Below, piece after piece: positions 30,018 through 43,208 of a DNA stretch of 64,000 bases. The position numbers and the translations under genes are program-made. The notes under the pieces were generated by a model. That model was not told the origin of the DNA. It saw nothing but the letters and a program-made list of their open reading frames with translations, and ran no database searches. The stretch is from Octopus vulgaris. Its lineage: Eukaryota. The stretch lies in the NCBI GenBank assembly GCA_951406725.2, contig OX597839.1:32426001-32490000 (forward strand), written 5' to 3'. Within the stretch, counting starts at the first letter, position 1, and each line of letters begins with the position of its first letter.

Positions 30018-30432
30018 TGACAGATTTGCTTGTCAGTTGTTTGACCTTAACCAGTTGAGCCTGTCCCTTAGTGGCTGACGATATGTGCATCTCTGATCAC
30101 GAGCAGAAGTAGCCATGTGTTGAGAGGGATTCTTTGGGGTTTGAATAATTCACCTCTGGAAACATGGGTGGTTCTTTCAACATCCTTAAACAACCCTTAT
30201 TCAAGGACCTTTTGAGCGGGATGGGCTACTCAACCTGAAGAAAATTCTAACTGGGCCCCACCTGCAAGGTCATGTGCTGTTTATCTTGATATGAGATCAC
30301 CATGTCGCGCACATATGGTTGTGATGCATGTGCCTGGTGTACCCTTATCAGACGGGTAGTCATGATGGGTATACTGGGCTTCGTATATTTTACCCCAGTG
30401 TCACTTTGATGGCATGAACTGCTCTCTCACTC
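29518..30432. mobile_element. Two tandem copies of an unclassified ~400-bp repeat embedded in (AAT)n
   Basis: 29518-29912 and 30017-30432 are near-identical; an overlapping inverted copy lies at 40415-40665. Confidence 0.8.
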
Positions 30433-30485
<53 letters not shown>

Positions 30486-30486
<1 letters not shown>

Positions 30487-30958
30487 GGTGGTGAGCTGGC
30501 AGAATCGTTAGCACACTGGATGGAATGGTTAGCGGCATTTCGTCCGTGCTTACGTTCTGAGTTCAAATTCCGCCTAGGTCGACTTTGCCTCTCATCCTTT
30601 CGGGGTCGATAAATTAAGTACCAGTGAAAAACTGGGGTCGATGTAATCGACCAGTCCCCCTCCCCCTTAAATTTGAGGCCTTGTGCCTTCAGTAGAAAGG
30701 ATTATTATTTTTAGCATCGTCATCATCATTATTATTATGGTTATTAAGACGGTGAGCTGGCAGAATCGTTAGCACGCCAGGCAAAATACTGAGCGGCATT
30801 TCACCCGTCCTTACGTTCTGAGTTCAAATGCCGCCGGCGTCGACTTTGCCTTTCAACCTTTCGGAGTCGATGAACTAAATGCAAGTTGAACACTGGTGTT
30901 GATGTAATCGACTTAATGCCTCCCCAAATTTCAGGCCTTGTGCCTTTAGTAGAAAGGA
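30486..30958 (+). mobile_element. Two family-B SINE copies with the short tail
   Basis: Heads at ~30486 and ~30748; tails ending agtagaaagga(tta)n. Confidence 0.85.
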
Positions 30959-30969
30959 TTATTATTATT

Positions 30970-31510
30970 GCCTTTGCACAGCTTCTAACGCTGGAGATGT
31001 ACTACGGTGTCAGCTGTTCACTACCAATGAACTAAGGTAACACCCCTTATTTTTCGAGTACCTTCTGGAGTATTCGAGCGCTTCCAAGCAGGGCTGTTTT
31101 CTGCAAGTGCCCCACACTTATTGCAGCCCCTATTTGTTCCACGTACTTCTCGTTATTTTTGTTTACTATTCCGACAATTATTGGTACTACTGCTACATTT
31201 TTTATCGACCACAACTGCTTAACTTCCCAAGCTAACCTGTCATATCTATCGACTTTTCTTTCGTCCTTATCGTATACCTTGTTGTCAGCTGGACATGTTA
31301 TATCTATGATCCAGCATCGTTTGTTTTGTTTCTCAATTAAGACTATGTCTAGCTTCCTATTCTCTATCTCATGGTCGCACTGAATCATAAAATCCCACAG
31401 GATCTTTGCATTTCTATTTTCGACGATGCCTTCAAGTTTGTGGTCGTACCAATTTTTTGCTCTGTCAAGTTCAATACTTGTTGCAAAGTGTCCAATGGAC
31501 AAGCCTGGCT
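30970..31510 (-). mobile_element. R4/Dong-clade 3' fragment
   Basis: WYDHK...KILWDFMIQCDHEIENRKLDIV...IIDITCPAD...KVDRYDRL...VVPIIVG...LQKTALLGSARIL. Confidence 0.85.
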
Positions 31511-31626
31511 GTTTTTAGACATTATTTCAAAAACCCTTTCCGAATAACGTAAGACATGATACGAGAGAGATTTAAGCTGCTATTTCTAGAAGGGTGAGCA
31601 AACCAACAGAACTCCCTCACTGATTC

Positions 31627-31694
<68 letters not shown>

Positions 31695-32014
31695 TGCGTG
31701 TGTGTGTATGTGTGTGTGTAAGGCACATTTGCGGGTTCTGTCTGATCATGCAGGAATCTGCTGGCTTTGTTGCTAGGAAAGCGCTGGAAGTCGATTTGTC
31801 TACCGATCGGTCTGCCTTGCCGGTCTGCCTGCCTGTCTGCCTGCCTGTCTGTCGGCTGCTCTGTCTCTCTGTCTGTCTGTGTGTCTTGACTGCTTGGCTG
31901 GTTGAGCGAGGTATATAATCAGTTAAGTTGGCTTCGTGCCAATCTAGCTTAGCTGGCCATGCGTTTGGCCAATGGTTAGCACGGATGGTGTTAGCGTTGG
32001 TGGAACCATCAACA

Positions 32015-32046
<32 letters not shown>

Positions 32047-32536
32047 CCTCTTCATTTTAAATGTAATCTTTTAACTTGTTTCAGTCATTAGACTGTGGCC
32101 ATGCAGGAGCACTTCCTAATTAGGGGAAGCGTAGTTGTGATATAGGTGTAGCACAACTGATGGTGGGGGTGGGGGTTTGATAGGTTTAGCTGCTCTCAGT
32201 TTTTTTAACACTTGCTACCAGCGCCATTATTAGCAATACCACCGCCAAAGGCGCCAACACCTGCACCGCCATTCCTTACCAACACCACCACCACCACCGC
32301 CGCCGCCGCCAACCTTATTACCACCAACGCAATCAAAAGTACCAACATCACCATCATTGCAGTCTCCACCACCGCCACCACCACTGCCAACACCATCATC
32401 ATCATCATCAACACCAACTTTACCACCAGCGTCGTCACCACCGCGAACGTCATCCCCCAACACCATCATCATCATCATCATTGAAGCTTCTTATTGGTCG
32501 TTCGATCTGTTAGAAATAGCAACGGAATCGTCGTCA

Positions 32537-32701
32537 GGCGCAGGAGTGGCTGTGTGGTAAGTAGCTTGCTAACCAACCACATGGTTCCGGGTTCAGTCCC
32601 ACTGCGTGGCATCTTGGGCAAGTGTCTTCTGCTATAGCCCCGGGCCGACCAATGCCTTGTGAGTGGATTTGGTAGACGGAAACTCAAAGAAGCCTGTCGT
32701 A

Positions 32702-32787
<86 letters not shown>

Positions 32788-33004
32788 CATGTTTGTGTGT
32801 CTGTGTTTGTCCCACTAGCATTGCTTGACAACCGATGCTGGTGTGTTTATGTCCCCATCACTTAGCGGTTCGGCAAAAGAGACCGATAGAATAAGTACTG
32901 GGCTTACAAAAGTATAAGTCCCGGGGTCGATTTGCTCGATTAAAGGCGGTGCTCCAGCATGGCCGCAGTCAACTGACTGAAACAAGTAAAAGAGTAAAGA
33001 GTAA
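32537..33004 (+). mobile_element. Family-A SINE, full length
   Basis: Match to the other copies. Confidence 0.9.
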
Positions 33005-33488
33005 GCCCAGCGTCTTTGAGAAAGACTCATTTGATAATATAATTACGGGTGCCCTGTATATGGAAAAGAAAAAAGACGGGATGATCATGGCAGGAAAGCC
33101 TTTGATCATAGCTCTGCTCGATCCGGGGCCATGGCCACCACTACCGCCATCATCGTCGCCATTTTATTACCACAAACTCCAGCATCGTTACCACAAAAGT
33201 AAGCACCACCCCACCACCCCCACCACCGCCAAGAACAAGCACACCCGGCTTAACGGGTGATCATCTACCCGGTCACACGACGTGCTTAAAATAACAGTTA
33301 AATTCTCACGAATCGGACGCTGCCTTCTCAAAAAATGAAGGACACTGAGTGATGTTGTAGGTATGGAAATATATGGGAAGGCCATAGTTGAAATGACTGT
33401 GTTTCATAGATCTGGCTGACCAGTCCGACCTAGGGCTAAGCAACAACAGCAGCAGCTGAGCAGCAACAAGAATATATTACTACTACTA

Positions 33489-33523
<35 letters not shown>

Positions 33524-33646
33524 TGATTTCACTGGTTCGACTACTTAAGTCCGCTGCGAACACGGTTTGGCACCGGACCAAGTGGTGGAACATACAAACC
33601 GTTGCTATTGGGCATTCAATGCATAAACACTTACATTCGAACACAC

Positions 33647-33701
<55 letters not shown>

Positions 33702-34374
33702 TACACACACACGCACACACACACACACACACATACATATACACACACGCACACACACCCTATTACATATCTACTGAATAAAAACCATACACGCACATGT
33801 ATATATATGCAAGTATATATGTATATATATATATATGAGTGTATATGTGTGTAGATATATTGAGGAAATCGCATACTCATATACGCATGAGTGCGTGTAT
33901 GTATGTATGTATGCATGTATGTATGTATGTATGTATGCATATATGTATGTATGTATGTATGCATATACGTATGTATGTATGTATGTATGTATGTATGTAT
34001 GTATGTATGTATGTATGCATATATGTATGAATGTATGTATGTATGTATGTATGTATATATGCATGTATGAAGTGCTAACATGCTACCTTGATGATAGCAC
34101 TTCGGTAACGCCGTTTTATGTACATAATATTTTATTCCAGTCGTTGAACTGCAGCCATGTTGTGGTATTGTCTTTATACGATACATAACCAGTGTAAGGA
34201 TAAGCTGTGGGTTTGATAGGATAGACTAAAACCCTTCAAGGTGGTGCGGTAGTACTGGTAGTTCAGTGATGTAAAAAGATGATGAGGCCCAGGTCTGAAG
34301 GTACAAAGAGAAATTTTGTCCGGAGTGCTAACGGTTCTGCTAGCCTGCCATTTTTCATAATGATGATGATGATG

Positions 34375-34430
<56 letters not shown>

Positions 34431-34452
34431 TATAATAATAATAATAATAATG

Positions 34453-34504
<52 letters not shown>

Positions 34505-34505
<1 letters not shown>

Positions 34506-34972
34506 CGGATATTATAAAAGATCAGACAAAAAGGACATATTTATTAATTGACATGAGTATTCCCTGTGATCACAATATAGCGGCGAAAGGATTTGACAAG
34601 ATTAGTAAATATAAAGACCTGCTAATAGAAATTGAAAAAATGTGGCATCTCAAGGCGACTACAGTACTAGTGATTGTAGGATCTCTAGGAATGATAAAAA
34701 AAGGTATTTGAAAATGATTCCAGGCTTACCATCCCTACAGGAAGTGCAAAAAATCGTATTAACTGGAACGGCTCATGTACTGAGAAGAGGATTATCGCTG
34801 TGAAAATAACATCCATCCATGAATTTATTTATTTATTAATTTTTAAATACATATTTTATCTTTGAATTTGCGCGTGTAATTTGGGAATGCATACAATGTC
34901 CTTCTCTGCCCTAGGTGTATGGAAAACACTCGGTGAGAAACGGAAGAAAATTTGAAGAAAGAAGGAAAAAAC
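34505..34972 (+). mobile_element. R4/Dong-clade 3' fragment
   Basis: PDIIKDQ...LLIDMSIPCD...KISKYKDLLIEIEKMW...VIVGSLGMIKK...QKIVLTGTAHVLRR; (AAT)n on both sides. Confidence 0.85.
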
Positions 34973-35007
34973 ATAATAATGATAATAATAATAATAATAA
35001 TAATAAT

Positions 35008-35221
35008 ATTCCTTTCTACTAAAGGCACAATGTCTGAAATTTTGAAGAAGGTGACTAGTCGATTACACCGATTCTAGTGCGTAATTGGTACTTAATTTGT
35101 CAACCCCCGAAAGGATGAAAGGCTAAATCGACCTCAGCGGAATTTGAACTCAGATCTTAAGGACGGACGAAGTGTCGCTAAGCATTACGTCCAGCGTGCT
35201 AACGATTGCTCCAGCTCGCCT
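35008..35221 (-). mobile_element. Family-B SINE, diverged
   Basis: Sequence similarity to the full copies. Confidence 0.8.
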
Positions 35222-35529
35222 TTACAAACAGGTTTTGCTGTATCTTGGGAGGATCGTTGTAGCAAATAAAAACCTGTGTGCTGTGGATGGATTTGATTTT
35301 CTTTCAAATAAGATTGGTCGGGTGGTTAACCAATTAGCTAATCGATAAATTGTTAATCACCCGATCAATAAATCATTCAGCTGGACTGGAAGAAAATTAA
35401 AAGGGGGGGGGGAATGGGACAAACGTGAAGTAAGGAGTCGACATCACTGATAAGGTTGCGAATGGCAACGAAAGGATTCTGGCAAACTGATTGATTTTTC
35501 TTTTTTGTTGATCGATTAATCAATCGATT

Positions 35530-36722
35530 AATCAATCGGTTCGTTAATTGGTTAGCTAGTTAGCAAAAAAAAAAAAATTTTAATCCTTTCTACTATAAAC
35601 GCAGGGCTTGAAATTTGGGGGAAGGAATTAAGTCGGTTGTTGACCCCCAGTACATAACTGCTACTTATTTTATCGGCAACCGAATGGATGAAAAGTAAAG
35701 CTCATCTCGGCGGAATTTGAACTCAGAGCGTGAAGGCGGACGAAATGCTGCGAAGCATTTTGAAACGAAGTGAAATGCCTTCCTCAAGGACTCATCGTTT
35801 CGCTCTGTCCATAAAACGAACCCACAATCTTACGATCGTTAGAACAATCCCTTAACCAATTGGCCATGCAGCTTCATATATACATATGTGGGCACACCTG
35901 TGTGTGTGTATGTGTGTGTGTGTGTGTGTAGGAATGAGAACCCAGGTTCGAAATTTCCCCAAGACACCTGATGCTAGGAATGAGAACCCAGGTTCGAAAC
36001 TTTCCCAAGACACCTGATGAAGGCTGGAGGGTATATCAGCCGAAACGTTGTGTTAACAACAAACAAGATGAGGACAAATTTCCGTCAAATGTAAATAATG
36101 TAAATAAAGTACAAATTATCATGATACCTGGGATAATGAAATATGCCAGGCCTTGAGATTTATGAACAAAACAAGATGCTTTCCTTCCACAAACTTGCTA
36201 CCAAGCAGGCGGACAGCCAACACTAACTCTAAATCAAAAAAGAAAAAAAGAAAACACACACGCACCCAGGTGTGCCCACATATGTGTATATGAAGCCGCA
36301 TGGCCTGTTGGTTAAGGGATTGGGCTTACGATCGTAAGATTGTGGGTTCGTTTTACGGACAGAGCGACACGATGCGTCCTTGAGGAAGGCATTTCACTTC
36401 GTAATACTTCAGTCAGTGCAACCGAAAATGAGCACCAGCGGCAGTTCACCTTGCGACGGACTGGCATCCAATTCTTGTAGGGGTCACGTATTCGTTTCAA
36501 AATGCTTCGCAGCATTTCGCCCATCTTTACGCTCTGAGTTCAAATTCCGCCGAGATGAGCTTTACTTTTCATCCATTCGGGACCGATGAAATAAGTAGCA
36601 GTTATGTACTGGGGTCGACAACCGACTTGATCCCTTCCCCCAAATTTCAGAACCTGCGTTTATAGTAGAAAGGATTAAAATTTTTTTGCTAACTAGCTAA
36701 CCAATTAACGAACCGATTGATT
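35530..36722. repeat. Inverted duplication (arms ~35530-35905 and ~36255-36722) around a hammerhead-containing spacer
   Basis: Both arms contain the same composite of unique flank, family-B fragment and an older SINE head, in opposite orientation. Confidence 0.9.
36009..36054 (+). ncRNA. Minimal type I hammerhead, intact core (family H1)
   Basis: gacac-CTGATGA-a-ggctg(gagggtatat)cagcc-GAAA-cg-TT-gtgtt; preceded by a partial tandem copy at 35929-35973. Confidence 0.85.
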
Positions 36723-37042
36723 AAAGTCACTTTTGAAACGACAAATCGCATGTCTTAGTGGTCAGGGCATTCGGCTCACGATTGTATGGTTGTGAGTTCG
36801 ATTCTGGTGGTGTATTGTGTCCATGAGCAAGACACCTTACTTCACGTTTCTACACTCCATTCAGCTGGCAAAAATGAGCTTGTACCTGTAATTCACAAGG
36901 GTCCAGTTTTTTCATATTCTGTGTATAATGGTGAATCTCCTTGAGAAATACACTGTCAGCTACCAACCAGCGAGCGAACTTGTCACTGCCACTACTACCA
37001 CTGCTGTGTCTCTAACATACATGTCGGGCAAACAAATAGATA

Positions 37043-37540
37043 TCTTTATATATAAAAGAGAAGTTGTGTGTCTGTCTCCTACGATTTAGATTCCTAACTA
37101 CTCCCACATTTTGCGGTGCAGTTTAACCAAAACCGGGTATCTTATAGTCGTGATTCATATCGAGCCCTTCTGAGTATTAGCGCGCGTCTACGATGAGTCT
37201 ACAATTTAAAAAAAAAATTTACCATCATTTTTTCCATTTTAATGCATTTTTTCGCTATTATATGAGGGAAGTAACTCTCTAAAAATGTCTACGATGAGTC
37301 TACGATTTAAAAAAAAAATTACCATCAATTTTTTCCATTTTTAATGCATTTTTTTGCTATTATATAAGGGAAGTAACTCTCTAAAAATTTATTATTAAAT
37401 CTCAGAACGTAAAAAGCTTCAGTAACCCCCACCCCTTTGTGGTTAGCCATATTGAGATGGCTATTATACTTTATATCTCTAAAAATGCTTATATAGTTAT
37501 TTCCCTTACAAACCCGAGCAACGCCGGGCGATACTGCTAG
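37043..37540 (+). mobile_element. Non-autonomous Helitron with an internal ~100-bp tandem duplication
   Basis: A|TC...hairpin...CTAG|T. Confidence 0.88.
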
Positions 37541-37930
37541 TAGATATATATATAAATAATAATTCTTCCTTCTTGGAGTTGATTTTTCGATGCCTACGAG
37601 TTACTCCGACGCGAGAACCGAAATAATAAAAAAAAACAGCGTGTAACATGCAACAAAAATAAAATAGAACAGAGTGGTGACATTTAGCAGTGATGACCCG
37701 GAAGTTGTTCCGCTTCGATTACTTTCGTAAGCAGCAGTAGCTTTCTTCAAATGAACACACGTCGTTGATTGGTTAAAATTACCCAAGCACGACAACTTTA
37801 ACGCGAAATAACTTCTAAAATACGAAATTCTGTCACAAATGTTGAAAGCAAACCGTGTTGAGCGTGAAAAAATTACACCAGTATATGAAGTTTCAAACTG
37901 TTTAGTTAAATAATAATAATGATAATAATG

Positions 37931-37984
<54 letters not shown>

Positions 37985-37987
37985 GTA

Positions 37988-38019
<32 letters not shown>

Positions 38020-38023
<4 letters not shown>

Positions 38024-38290
38024 TCTTTTTTATTGGCCACAAGGGCTGACACACATGATTAGAAAACATAAAGGGACAAAACAAGACGAAAGGTTACAAA
38101 GGGTTTTGTCCGTTTGTGAAAAAATCGTGTAAATAAAATCTGAGAGCGAAACTGAACAGATCCCGTTTGTGTTTGTGTGGTGAGAAATCGAAAAAAATCA
38201 GGGGTTTTTTCTTATGCAAATGAAGCCTTTGTTATGTTTGTTCGTCAGTGAGTCGTAAAAATGTTCATAAAACTAGTGATTAACCTTTTG
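38020..38290 (-). mobile_element. Probable LINE 3' UTR fragment
   Basis: Ends gtccctttatgttt...cagcccttgtggccaataaaaaagaat followed by (TTA)n; no ORF recognised. Confidence 0.5.
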
Positions 38291-38640
38291 TAAAAAGGTA
38301 ATCAACGACATTATTGTCCAACAGCAACAGTAAAAGAAAAAATTATGAATATCGCTAGGAAAGGTATGAAAGCCACATATTCCCGCATCATACTTTCTAA
38401 GAGCACTAGTTATGACTTGCATTAGAAAACCTATATCGATATTTGTATTCGTCACGCAATGCTGTTGAAACAGCCATCGTTCGACAAATCTTTATAAACA
38501 ACAACAACAACAACAACAGCAAGTGCAGTAATGAAACGAATGGATATTGTGATAGCCAGGCCATTGTTAAAAAAAACGCGTTGACCCTTGTCATTTCGAT
38601 TGAATGAAACAGACGACATTAACGCGTCAACGCCTAGCTA

Positions 38641-38658
38641 TGACGTCAGGTGACGTCA
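38641..38658. promoter_or_regulatory. Two perfect CRE (TGACGTCA) sites 10 bp apart
   Basis: tgacgtca-gg-tgacgtca; function not demonstrated. Confidence 0.3.
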
Positions 38659-38950
38659 GCAACATTGAGAGACGTAAACTGATTATTTCCTTCTGTTACG
38701 TCATTGGAGCTTCTTCGTCTTTCTCTCATGCCGTCTCCTTCGCTTCTCTTTAATATTACTTTTTTGTCTGTGCTTTCGTTTGTTTCTTCAAATTTGTATT
38801 TAATTCGAGGTTTATTTCAAAACGCATCGACTACCCTTGGCTCTGTGTGTGTGTGTGTGTGCGTGCAGTACAAATACACATGTGTGTATAAATATATACA
38901 TATACATATGATTGTATGTATCTGTTTATACAAATATACAGTCACAAATA

Positions 38951-39120
38951 GGCGCTGGAGTGGCTGTGTGGTAAGTAGCTTGCTAACCAACCACATGGTT
39001 CCAGGTTCAGTCCCACTGCGTGGCATCTTGGGCAAGTGTCTTCTGCTATAGCCCCGGGTCGACCAATGCCTTGTGAGTGGATTTGTAGACGGAAACTGAA
39101 AGAAGCCTGTCGTATATATG

Positions 39121-39170
<50 letters not shown>

Positions 39171-39364
39171 TGTGTCTGTTTGTCCCCCTAGCATTTCTTG
39201 ACAACCGATGCTGGTGTGTTTATGTCCCCGTCACTTAGAGGTTCGCAAAAGAGACCGATAGAATAAGTACTGGGCTTACAAAGAATAAGTCCCGGAGTCG
39301 ATTTGATCGACTAAAGGCGGTGCTCCAGCATGGCCGCAGTCAAATGACTGAAACAAGTAAAAAA
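38951..39364 (+). mobile_element. Family-A SINE, full length, flanked by a 46-bp direct repeat
   Basis: Repeat at 38900-38945 and 39372-39417. Confidence 0.9.
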
Positions 39365-39480
39365 TATATATATATACATATGATTGTATGTATCTGTTTA
39401 TACAAATATACAGTCACGCACGTACACTCACACACAGGTATACCTATCATATATGCACATACAAACTCATAAACGCATGG

Positions 39481-39531
<51 letters not shown>

Positions 39532-39789
39532 TACGTATCTGTCTGTATATATATAGAAATATACAAGTAAACTCTCTCCCGATGCTTGCCAAATCTCCGA
39601 TAGGAACATACACGATACGTTTTAAAATATGTTGGTGGATAAAATATTCTCTGGAATTCTGAAAATTTGAAAGAAAATGTAAATAAAAGAAGAAAAAATC
39701 AACATTCAAATTTCTGTAGTGAAATGTGAAATTTATTAACGGACAAACAAAATTTACAAAAGAATGTTAGAAATATGTAACTGGTGAAG

Positions 39790-40395
39790 TCTTTTAGTCA
39801 TTGATGGGGTACCTTGGCCCCCTCTAGCAAAGAGTTATTACTGTTGGAGACATATCCGGGTGTAGGAGGTTGGTCCGGGATTTTTTTGAAGAAATTTGCC
39901 CAGTGAACATTTGGGTTTTATGGGGTCCGTTTCCGTTTTGGCGTATTTTGGTAAGGTATTAAAGAGAGCTGGACCGATTGAAGTAAAGTAGTTGTGGCGT
40001 AATGTTGCTATGTGTACTGAGTTCGATTTTCGTAGTGGGTGGATAGCACGGGGGTCAAGTCTTGGATGGATTTTAAAATTGATGCCAACATCACTTGTGC
40101 AATATTGATGGAATATTTTCCACATAACGCAAATGATGTATCGCTCCTGGCGGCATTGGAGAGAGATTGATTTTATTTTTAGTCGACCCCAATAGTCAAT
40201 GCCTCTCATGCCGTCTACCTTTCTTGTCATTGACCTCTGGAGTGTTTCTACTTTCATAATGAGTTGCTTCGTATAGGGGGACCACAGTGGGCAACAGTAT
40301 TCAAGGTGGTGTTGGGCAAAAGTAGAGTAGAGAAGGATGATGGTGTAGGCATCGCTAGACTGGAAAGTTCTCAGAATCCAAGGGCTAAATCATTT
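39790..40395 (-). mobile_element. CR1-like LINE ORF2 C-terminal fragment
   Basis: HLEYCCPLWSP...VETLQRSMTRKVDGMRGIDYWGRLK...SLQCRQERY...GPALFNTLP. Confidence 0.85.
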
Positions 40396-40711
40396 TTTTT
40401 TCTTGTATGCGCCAATTCCTCTCGACACATGGCTATGATGCTCCCCCACTACTTCTGCTCGTGATCAGAGATGCACATATCGTCAGCCACTAAGGGACAT
40501 GCTCGACTGGTTATGGTCAAACAACTGACAAGCAAATCTGTGGTATTGAGCAGAATATTTGCTGTAGCCCATCTTTTATACCAAGACAAAACAATGTACA
40601 TGATAACACTTCCAATCAGTTAAGATCAGAAGCCATGAGAGCCACTGCCTGGTACTGCATCAAGCCATGCCATCATCATCATCATCATCATCATCATCAT
40701 TATCATTATTA

Positions 40712-40761
<50 letters not shown>

Positions 40762-40768
40762 TTTATTA

Positions 40769-40950
40769 AGGCAGTGAGCTGGCAGAATGGTTAGCATGCT
40801 GGGCATAACGCTTAGCGGCATTTCATCTGTCTTTACGTTCTGAGTTCAATTTTCGCCGAGGTTGACTTTGCTTTTCATTTTTTCGGGATCGATATAATAA
40901 GTAGCAGTTGTGTACTGGGGGTCAATGCAATCGACTTACCCCATCCCTTG
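40769..40950 (+). mobile_element. Family-B SINE, diverged
   Basis: Sequence similarity to the full copies. Confidence 0.8.
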
Positions 40951-41302
40951 AAATAGCTTCTTTATTTTAATTTTTTTTCTTGTGCCAAAGTTCGAAATCT
41001 GTATTATCGATTTTCTTGCAACCTGTAAATCGAACCCAATTGTCAAAGCCGTAACGTTTGCGTTGTTCTTTAGTTTCAACAATGGCACATCGATCGAGCA
41101 ATATGGCTGTTTCTATCTACGCCAATGTTCCGTTCCTTTCCCTTCTGGTCAAGAGAAAGTTAGGACTACGCCGTATTTTCCAAGGCATCGACCCTAAGCT
41201 TTGCGTTGTATTTTGAGTTACCGGAAGTACACTATTAACGATCCTGCGATTCCAACTGAGCCATCAACAATTTGGTCGGCATATTTGGCTGTTTTGCATG
41301 CA

Positions 41303-41514
41303 TCTTTTACTCTTTTACTCTTTTACTTGTTTCAGTCATTTTGACTGCGGTCATGCTGGAGCACCGCCTTTAGTCGAGCAAATAGACCCCGGGACTTATT
41401 CTTTGTAAGCCCAGTACTTATTCTATCGGTCTCTTTTGCCGAACCGCTAAGTGACCGGGACGTAAACACACCAGCATCGGTTGTCAAGCAATGCTAGGGG
41501 GACAAACACACACA

Positions 41515-41612
<98 letters not shown>

Positions 41613-41777
41613 TACGACAGGCTTCTTTCAGTTTCCGTCTACCAAATCCACTCACAAGGCATTGGTCGGCCCCGGGCTATAGTAGAAGACACTTGCCCAA
41701 GATGCCACGCAGTGGGACTGAACCCGGAACCATGTGGTTGGTTAGCAAGCTACTTACCACACAGCCACTCCTACGCC
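41303..41777 (-). mobile_element. Family-A SINE, full length
   Basis: Match to the other copies. Confidence 0.9.
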
Positions 41778-42979
41778 TGCATCTGTTCTTGATTATTTCG
41801 AAAGCCCTTCAGTGTTGTCTCCTCAATCTTCGCATTTATATCTCCCACATATTCTTGCATCAGGCTTTCAGAATATCGTGTTTACCAAAACCATTTTCAA
41901 GAATCTTTGTCCGGTATCGTTAAAGGTTCTTTTGAGCCTTAGGTCTTCTGGGATGCCGTCGTTATTTACCCTTCAAATGCAACAAAACAAAGTGCAGTGT
42001 CATATCGGATGTGCCGCTGGTCGTTAGACACTAATTTCCCTCCATATACGTTCATGATTGTTGTCTTCGCCTGTTTCTGAAAACATAGCTGCCATCTTAG
42101 AAACCGTTGCATATGCATAATTAGGCTTCCGTACAGTTGCATATCGGCAGCACCAAACACCCTCGTCCAGAAACTGTAATGCATCTTGTTATTTGTATGG
42201 TTTGGGAGCGCCAGTTCAGACTGTTCGACTCGACTTTCCAAGTGAGGCGTTACTCACCATGTTCTTTTCATTGACGATGTGATTGGATTAACGGTTCCTG
42301 ATGGTCGATCAAATGCCACATGGTCACAGCGGATGAGGAGGTATCACACAGAGATGGGAACTGACTGGAACTCTGCTCGGTGGGGCCTCCGGGTGGGGGG
42401 GGGACCCGGGAATACGTATACTGACCCCAGGTAAAAGCAACAACGCACTGCAATGGCGTTTGCCCTCCTCGCACCATCTGCCCCAGCTGGCCTGACAGAT
42501 GCATTGATGAAGATCCTGTGTATCCGCTACATCAATTCCTCATATGGGTTTAAACTGTGCACAGAATGAATAAATTTCCTGGAGTAAACCTTGAAGCTAC
42601 TTCATGTAGTGTTTACTCGTGTATAACACGCGCTGTTTTGTGCTTGATTTTCACTGAAAAGGAAAGAAACCCGGGGAGCGACATATACAAGACCAAAGCT
42701 AAAATTATGAAGGGAGAAAATGTTGTGCCAAGCTTTAACATTAAATTAGGGGTGCGACTTATACATAAACATGTCATTTTCACTTGGGTGTTTGTAGGTC
42801 ACGTGATTGTCGATTGTTCAGTCGTATTTCCGGATCATACATGTAGAGCTGTGAAATGAGTTGGACCTGAAGTGGGATCTAGTAAAAGATTCCTTACAAC
42901 ACAATGAGCTGAGTAACCCTGTCTTAGATGCGGTGTATGTATGTATGTATGTATGTATGTATGTATGTATGTATGTATG

Positions 42980-43054
<75 letters not shown>

Positions 43055-43158
43055 GAAAATGTGTCAAAGCCATCAGGAGGCATCGATGCTTCCTAGGGCT
43101 AAACAGCGGTGGTGTAACCCTCTACTGTCACGTTCACGTTAGATTGACAGTATACAAC

Positions 43159-43208
<50 letters not shown>

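Noticed and set aside
32205-32484. Thr/Pro/Ala-rich ORFs
   Set aside because: Degenerate (CCA)/(CAT) trinucleotide repeats, with no splice or domain support.
42455-42495. gccctcctcgc as the P3/L3 of an HDV-like ribozyme
   Set aside because: The complementary P3 and P1 strands do not follow.
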